IMG/VR virus record: IMGVR_UViG_3300014839_001411
Location: 5,713-69,712 of that record
Length of the DNA stretch: 64,000 nucleotides
Strand: one strand, 5' to 3'
Source: a virus
The notes under the pieces were generated by a model that was given only the letters and a program-made list of their open reading frames with translations, was not told the DNA's origin and searched no databases. Each line of letters opens with the position of its first letter. The first letter of the stretch is position 1. Both the position numbers and the translations under genes were made by a program. Positions 58,510 to 64,000 of the stretch are shown here, piece after piece.

Positions 58510-59138
58510 GGTGTCTCCTTGTTTCCGCTGTCGGAAACGTTTCCAAGTGCCTCGACTGCAATCGCCTTCATACTTTCGATACAGTTGAAAGCATGTGTAA
58601 GTGGATCGCGACTGAAGGGACCAGCGCCCTTGGCTATTTCTCTCAAGGCCGCCTCCAGGTTTTTGGTGCGCAATCCCTCGCTTGATGCAGGGAATATAGC
58701 CGGATACTGCGCCTCGAACTCTTCCAAGTCGATCCATCTCTCGAACTTCACTGTCGCGTACGCAACTTCGTAATAAGCCAGTCCGACCCACGTAGGGCGT
58801 TCCTTGAAGATCTCCGTACTTGCCTCGGCGCGCCCGACAAGCATTCGCAGGACATTCTTGAACAGAATGTCCGCGCCGAGAGAGTTGATCAGAAATTCCA
58901 CATCGCCGGCATTGCAGCCGTCCGTCTCCAGACCCAGAGCGTCGAAACGCAGGAAATGGCCGCCTTCAATAAAACGCAGGTTCCTGTCGGGAGTACTTAT
59001 ATCCAGAATGTTTGCTGGCAGATGATGAAACCAACAGTACCTAAGCGGCGGCTTCAAAAATACGTCGATCATTCCGCCGCGCACGACGGTTTCGGGTTTG
59101 ATGGTTTCGATTTCAACTCTTACGATGTTATGTTTCAC
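58506..59138 (-). CDS. hypothetical protein
   Basis: GGAGG RBS + GTG. Confidence 0.5.
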   Translation of the reverse strand: MKHNIVRVEIETIKPETVVRGGMIDVFLKPPLRYCWFHHLPANILDISTPDRNLRFIEGGHFLRFDALGLETDGCNAGDVEFLINSLGADILFKNVLRMLVGRAEASTEIFKERPTWVGLAYYEVAYATVKFERWIDLEEFEAQYPAIFPASSEGLRTKNLEAALREIAKGAGPFSRDPLTHAFNCIESMKAIAVEALGNVSDSGNKETP

Positions 59139-59535
59139 GCTGCCTCCCTTTTGGCAACATTCCAGACAGGAATGTGCGGATTTTGCGTCCAAGTGTCATC
59201 GCTTCTTCGACCAGGCACAAACAGATCAATGAGTAAGATGCCAAGTCCATCAGCGTATCCTGTACGTTCTCGCCAACCTGTTCGTTCTTCGGATTGGTGA
59301 TTAGATTGCCAGCGCGGATAAACTTGTCGCTCATCCGAACCAAAACGCCGACCTCTGCCGGAATGTGAAAAACTTCCGACACACGAAAATTTGCGTAGGC
59401 ATCCTTGTTGTCTTCGCCAGCATAGCCTGCTGACTTGCGGATATGCAAGTCTCTGATTTCATCCAGCAAACGCGGAATGCGGTCGGATGTTTTCAGTTCT
59501 TCGAGCAGTTCAAGGAAACGAGGATTAGCGGCCAT
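59128..59535 (-). CDS. DUF1599-like (nucleotide-modification-associated) protein
   Basis: KSAGYAG...YANF...VRMSDKFIR...DTLMDLASYS. Confidence 0.75.
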   Translation of the reverse strand: MAANPRFLELLEELKTSDRIPRLLDEIRDLHIRKSAGYAGEDNKDAYANFRVSEVFHIPAEVGVLVRMSDKFIRAGNLITNPKNEQVGENVQDTLMDLASYSLICLCLVEEAMTLGRKIRTFLSGMLPKGRQRET

Positions 59536-59728
59536 GAAGTATTCCTTTGATCCAGGTCGTGAAGCGGCCCGGGCATTTCATTGCGACCAGTGGATGAACT
59601 TCTTCCCACCAGCCTTGATTATTGTTCATCCAATCCGTACCTTCGTAAGCCATGACGTACTGGTTCTCGCGTCTTCCGCAGAGAACGCATTCTCTACTTG
59701 CTGGATTTGCGTAAACCCAACTGTGCAT
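59525..59728 (-). CDS. hypothetical protein
   Basis: GAGG RBS; CVLC. Confidence 0.45.
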   Translation of the reverse strand: MHSWVYANPASRECVLCGRRENQYVMAYEGTDWMNNNQGWWEEVHPLVAMKCPGRFTTWIKGILHGR

Positions 59729-59916
59729 TCGCCACCTCGTTGATTTTCTTGCAGTGTTCGCACTTCAGACCTTCCGGCGTCGGAAAGTGATCCATGCAGA
59801 CGCCGCAGTGCGGACACCAGGTCCAGATTGTTTTGAATAAATTCACGAATAATGCCTTTCGTCTAAATCTCAGCCACGTCCGATTGGAACGTGACTGAGA
59901 TTTGTGTCAAGAAACT

Positions 59917-60177
59917 TTACAGTCGAACAGCCGGCTCGATTACTTCCAGTTCGTCCGGTTTGCGATTTGCTTCCATCGCATCGCTCAGGTTGATGGTGTG
60001 CGTCGGCTCGCCCTGCTCGATGTCGGCCCAGACGTACATGGTGAGCTTCCCTTCAAACTCTTCGATCCAGATGATGGGCTGGGTTCCGGGGATGTCTTTC
60101 ACGCCGCATCCGTCAACAATAATTTCAGCGCGATATCGACCATCCGTAAAGCTTGTGTTCATTGCAAATTTTGCCAT
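59917..60177 (-). CDS. hypothetical protein
   Basis: AAGGAG RBS before MAKFAM. Confidence 0.55.
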   Translation of the reverse strand: MAKFAMNTSFTDGRYRAEIIVDGCGVKDIPGTQPIIWIEEFEGKLTMYVWADIEQGEPTHTINLSDAMEANRKPDELEVIEPAVRL

Positions 60178-60289
60178 GCTGTTCTCCTTGATAAATTTTG
60201 ACGCTTTAGCAATCCAATAGATTGACAGCGTTTTTATTATTGGAAAGGTTGTCGCCACTCCGGTTCTTGCTCCCGGAGTGGCGAGTTTG

Positions 60290-61273
60290 CTACTTCATGA
60301 AGTCAGGGGCCGGTTGTTCTTCCACCGGCTTGCGGAACTTCATGCCGATTGCCGTCAGCGCCGCAATATATTTATCAGGCGTAAACGAGGTCATGCCCGC
60401 CTCTTTCAAGGCTGCACGGGCATCTGCTTCATTGACCCCGTACTGTTGCTGGGCCACCTTCAGCAGATTGGGGAATGTCCACGAAGGATCAATCGTCAAC
60501 ACAGGTTCGCTCAACGTAACGGACGCCTTCGCGGTCGGGGTTGCGCCGCCTTCCAGCCAGTCCGACAATTGCTTGAAGAACTTGAGGTCAGGTTTGACCA
60601 TCTGTTGGTCGGCCATCTCCGCACAGCGGGACTTGGAAACGATGATGCGGTGATCGGTATCCACATCAAACACGATGGTGAACTCGTATTCCATGCCGGC
60701 ACGCTGAATGGGGGCCAGACCAATCTTGTTGATCCGCGTCTTGTTGTCGCCGTCTTTCACCTGCTCGTAATCCATCTTCGAGCGCATGGTGCAGACGATG
60801 TGGCAAGGACTTTGAAGCATCGCATCCACCAACTTGTTGTGCAGGGGAGTGATCGAGCGCCAGGCGACGTAGGAATTGCCGCCTTTGATTTTGGCAGCGG
60901 CTTGATCGACCATATCCAACGCGCCACCTGCACCGTCCCACGCATGGGTAATGCTGTCGATGACGATGACGGCGTACTTGCTCGTGCCGTCCGGGCCCTT
61001 CTGGTCCTCCAGGAAATGGATCGCCTGGACGTACACTTCGGGATTGAAGCCGCGGCGATCCACCGGCAGCTCAATCACGTCGAACTGGAAGAAATCTGCA
61101 TACAAGCGGGCAGACCCACGCTCGGTGTCGATGACGGCAATCTTTCCGCCATGAGCCAAAGCCGTCGCGCAAATGAGAGCGTCGAAAGTCTTGCCTGCAC
61201 CACTGGGTCCATCAATTGCCACACGGGCCTTCAGTTGTTCGCGAACCGCAGTCTGAACTTGAAAATTAAACAA
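60290..61273 (-). CDS. AAA ATPase, Sak4-like recombination protein
   Basis: GPSGAGKT, IDTERGSA, VIDSITHAW, TMRSK, EYEF. Confidence 0.85.
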   Translation of the reverse strand: MFNFQVQTAVREQLKARVAIDGPSGAGKTFDALICATALAHGGKIAVIDTERGSARLYADFFQFDVIELPVDRRGFNPEVYVQAIHFLEDQKGPDGTSKYAVIVIDSITHAWDGAGGALDMVDQAAAKIKGGNSYVAWRSITPLHNKLVDAMLQSPCHIVCTMRSKMDYEQVKDGDNKTRINKIGLAPIQRAGMEYEFTIVFDVDTDHRIIVSKSRCAEMADQQMVKPDLKFFKQLSDWLEGGATPTAKASVTLSEPVLTIDPSWTFPNLLKVAQQQYGVNEADARAALKEAGMTSFTPDKYIAALTAIGMKFRKPVEEQPAPDFMK

Positions 61274-61317
61274 TTTAGTCTCCGTAAAATTAGATTTTGT
61301 TTCCGTTGCCGGAAAGG

Positions 61318-61530
61318 TTAGAACGGTACGCCATCGTCTTCGTTGCTTGCGGACTTCGTTTTGACCACAAGCTCCACTTCCACAACTTCCTTGAGCTCAT
61401 AGATGCCCACGAGCCGAGGTCCGTCCTGTGAACCACATTGGATAAGCTCCGTCTCGATGGTGAGCGGGCCGTCGTTCCCGTCTTCGTCGTACCGATACAC
61501 GTACACTGTTTGTGGTAATTTGGTTGCCAT
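61318..61530 (-). CDS. hypothetical protein
   Basis: AGGAG RBS before MATKLP. Confidence 0.55.
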   Translation of the reverse strand: MATKLPQTVYVYRYDEDGNDGPLTIETELIQCGSQDGPRLVGIYELKEVVEVELVVKTKSASNEDDGVPF

Positions 61531-61537
61531 CTTTCTC

Positions 61538-62323
61538 CTAGATCGTACAGATTTCAACGAATGGGCAGTACTCGCAGAGGAAACTTGGTTCGGCGCTGGG
61601 CATTTCGTTCGCCTCCAGAGCCTTGTTTAGTTTGTCTCTCCTTTCTTCGATAAGGGCTTTGATCTCCGCACTACTTCTCAGCGGAATTTCGATCAGCACC
61701 GCGCCAGTGTGCGCTTCATCGGAGGATTTGCCACACTTGGGACAGGAAAGTTCTCCTGCCTCATTGGGAAGGTAAACGACCTTACACTTTCGGCATTTCG
61801 TGGGACCCGACATGTCGATGTACTGGATTGCCGCAGACCTTACAGCCTTCCCGTTCTGGCGAAGCATTTCAGCATAAATATTGACTTGCAGTTCATGCGA
61901 ACCGTATGGAAGATTTGACGGCGTTAGCCATCTGGAACTTTTGAAGTCGATGATCCTTCCGTTGCGATACACATCCATCTTGCCTTCGAGGCCCAGAGAG
62001 AATACGGGGATCTCGGCTTCATCTTCCTCGCCGGCGTGCTCCAGAACGGAGTGGGCGATGTTGCCGATCAGCTTGTACATCTGGGTGTGAATATATTCAG
62101 GCGCCGTGGTGGTCTTCGTGTACCAGGCTTTTCTAAGACAGCCGGTAAGATCGGTGACGTGAATGCCCGTGCGTTCCTTGTCATCCAGAATGGCTTTGAT
62201 AAGGATGTAGTCGAAGCCACAGGTCTGACGATTTTCTTTGGCACACATGAGACATTCGCCGCGCGTCATCTCGCCTTTGCCGGCGGAACAGAGAATAGTA
62301 TCGGAACGTTGATTCGCGATCAT
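61538..62323 (-). CDS. Cas4-like PD-(D/E)xK exonuclease
   Basis: GCLRK, GKMD, IIDFKS, QVNIY, CEYCPFVEIC. Confidence 0.85.
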   Translation of the reverse strand: MIANQRSDTILCSAGKGEMTRGECLMCAKENRQTCGFDYILIKAILDDKERTGIHVTDLTGCLRKAWYTKTTTAPEYIHTQMYKLIGNIAHSVLEHAGEEDEAEIPVFSLGLEGKMDVYRNGRIIDFKSSRWLTPSNLPYGSHELQVNIYAEMLRQNGKAVRSAAIQYIDMSGPTKCRKCKVVYLPNEAGELSCPKCGKSSDEAHTGAVLIEIPLRSSAEIKALIEERRDKLNKALEANEMPSAEPSFLCEYCPFVEICTI

Positions 62324-62633
62324 TTTTGATTACCTCGAAGTAAGGATGCTTTCCGACGACGGAAAGTAGATAGTTGTGACCAAAACGGATGTAGACTTCC
62401 GCTGCACCTGGATGCCTGACGATCATTACTCTCCAGGCATAAACGGGATTTGCAATGATCTTTCCCTGGCTGTTCTGTGTGACAACGATCTCTTTCAGCC
62501 GCAGGAAGTAACTCTCGTCTTCATGCCATTTCCATTTGGGGAACTGACCGATAGGGGAACCGCGATAAATGACACCGACAGCATTTGGAACATGGTGCAT
62601 GGCGTACTCTTCTGCGGGTGTTATTTTTCTCAC
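62181..62633 (-). CDS. hypothetical protein
   Basis: GTGA coupling with the DnaB stop; 3' end overlaps next gene. Confidence 0.45.
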   Translation of the reverse strand: MRKITPAEEYAMHHVPNAVGVIYRGSPIGQFPKWKWHEDESYFLRLKEIVVTQNSQGKIIANPVYAWRVMIVRHPGAAEVYIRFGHNYLLSVVGKHPYFEVIKNDRESTFRYYSLFRRQRRDDARRMSHVCQRKSSDLWLRLHPYQSHSG

Positions 62634-64000
62634 AGCGCCTCGAAGTCGTTCGTGGATCGATCCCACTTGAAAGGATTGGTCTGTCCGATAGAACCATTGC
62701 GGTTCTTTCTGATGTAGACCCGAATGGGAACGACGCGAATGGAGCCGTCGTTATTTTCAGGGAACTGGGCAATGTCTCTCGGCGACGGATTGGAGCCCCA
62801 GGTCATACGAGGGAACATCACGTGCGTCGCGTCCTGCTCTAATGACCCGCTATCGCGTAAATCCGACAATTCCGGCTCTGCGTCCGTGCCGCGGTTGACA
62901 ATATTTCTCGACATCTGAGAAGCGATGATCATCGGAACCCGCTGCTTCATTGACAGACCGCGCAGCCGTGTGGAGGAAATGGTCGTGTTGGTGTTCAGGT
63001 CGTTGACGCGATTGTTGATGAGCTGAACGTAATCCAACCAGGCCGATTTGGCTCCCCAGCGAACGGCGTCCAGATAAACCCGGCATATTTCTTCGATGGT
63101 CGGCGCGCCCATGGTGATGATGCGCAGGGGAATGGTTCTTAGGTTCTCGATGGCTTCCTTCACCCGCTGCATCTGATCGTCTGAAAGGGCGCTTGGGTTT
63201 CGCAGAAGTTCGTTATCGATTTTGGTTTGAAGGGAAACAAGATGGCGTGCGTACTCCAATTCGCCATTTTCCAGGTTGAAGATGGCCGTAGGACGCCCCT
63301 CCATTGCCTCGTGGAACACTTCGTAGCGAATTATGGAGGACTTACCCTCTCCAGGCCGGGCAGCCACGATTACGTAGTCCTGTTCCTCGTAGAACTTGAT
63401 GATGTTCTTGATGGGGATGATGTGCGGAGCCAAAGCCGGCACAAACGTACCCGACCGGCGCTTCTCGGTTACGTTCTGGAATAAATCCAGAAGGCTTCCG
63501 ATGGACTGACCATCATTGCCGCGAGTGCGTCTCATGGTCAGAATGTCACTTTCGATGCGTTCCAGAAGGTCTGGGCCCGAAAGATCCATCCGGTCGCTGT
63601 CTGCCGCCCATAAAGCTGCGGAACGGCGAACGGCACGCTGAGTGGCGTTGTTCATAACGGTGGTCGCAAAGAACTCTGTGGATTGCGGAGCAGTGTAGGT
63701 GAGAAGCTCATCCAGATAATCACGCCCCATAAGGGAACCGAACTCGTGTCCAAGGCTTTCAAGGGCTTCCTGGGCCGTCAGGGATTGAAGGATAGCCTGG
63801 AGAGAAAGCTGGCCGTCCTTGCCGAAAGCAATCACGGCGGACCACAAGGCTTGATGCGAAGGAAACGCAAAGTCCTGCGGAAGTACGAATTCAGCATGAC
63901 GGAACTCGTCGCCGTGAGTAATGACTGATGCAATCAAGGAACGTTCTGCTCCTGCGATTGCATTCTCGCGGGCTTGAAATGCAGCAAGTGTATTGTTCAT
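62630..64000 (-). CDS. dnaB: DnaB-like replicative helicase (start at window edge)
   Basis: AERSLIAS, AARPGEGKS, LDYVQLI, SQMSR, LSDLRDSGSLEQDA, KNRNG. Confidence 0.93.
   Translation of the reverse strand: MNNTLAAFQARENAIAGAERSLIASVITHGDEFRHAEFVLPQDFAFPSHQALWSAVIAFGKDGQLSLQAILQSLTAQEALESLGHEFGSLMGRDYLDELLTYTAPQSTEFFATTVMNNATQRAVRRSAALWAADSDRMDLSGPDLLERIESDILTMRRTRGNDGQSIGSLLDLFQNVTEKRRSGTFVPALAPHIIPIKNIIKFYEEQDYVIVAARPGEGKSSIIRYEVFHEAMEGRPTAIFNLENGELEYARHLVSLQTKIDNELLRNPSALSDDQMQRVKEAIENLRTIPLRIITMGAPTIEEICRVYLDAVRWGAKSAWLDYVQLINNRVNDLNTNTTISSTRLRGLSMKQRVPMIIASQMSRNIVNRGTDAEPELSDLRDSGSLEQDATHVMFPRMTWGSNPSPRDIAQFPENNDGSIRVVPIRVYIRKNRNGSIGQTNPFKWDRSTNDFEAL

Larger units (their letters stand above)
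884..62365. repeat. dispersed 16-bp palindrome TTTCCG-N4-CGGAAA (about 27 copies)
   Basis: 12 copies with perfect arms and 15 with 1-2 arm mismatches, read directly from the sequence. Confidence 0.92.

Noticed and set aside
535-61321. Long antisense ORFs such as 535-1575, 28194-29357 and 60278-61321
   Set aside because: Shadows of well-supported genes on the opposite strand, with no motifs or RBS

Overview
This window reads as part of a tailed dsDNA phage (siphovirus-like) genome using the standard genetic code. GAAC-N4-GTTC LexA-type boxes hint at a Chloroflexota or Gram-positive-type host (inference). The left arm (1-25.6 kb, mostly minus strand) carries early and accessory genes: ATP-dependent DNA ligase, RtcB, 5'-nucleotidase, SF2 helicase, tyrosine recombinase, primase, a four-gene ubiquitin-like operon (Ubl-E2-JAB-E1), tRNA-Trp plus several structured non-coding stretches, GH25 endolysin, macrodomain, SSB and RNase H. 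The plus-strand late arm (25.8-51.2 kb) runs holin, HNH, TerL, portal, scaffold, capsid and tail genes. An AT-rich accessory island (51.2-56.6 kb) holds a methyltransferase with a DUF262-HNH partner and a yjzC-like locus. A minus-strand replication/recombination arm (56.6-64 kb) has a Sak4-like ATPase, a Cas4-like nuclease and DnaB. The most striking observations are: (1) the phage-encoded ubiquitination-like operon; (2) about 27 copies of a 16-bp palindrome TTTCCG-N4-CGGAAA spread across the genome but not found in the island; (3) a sigma-70 region-2-like segment at the N-terminus of the tape-measure protein; (4) a promoter-driven hairpin RNA whose loops display the core of that palindrome; (5) a tRNA-like gene with a 67-nt variable region. 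All family assignments come from motif recognition by eye; no database search was run.
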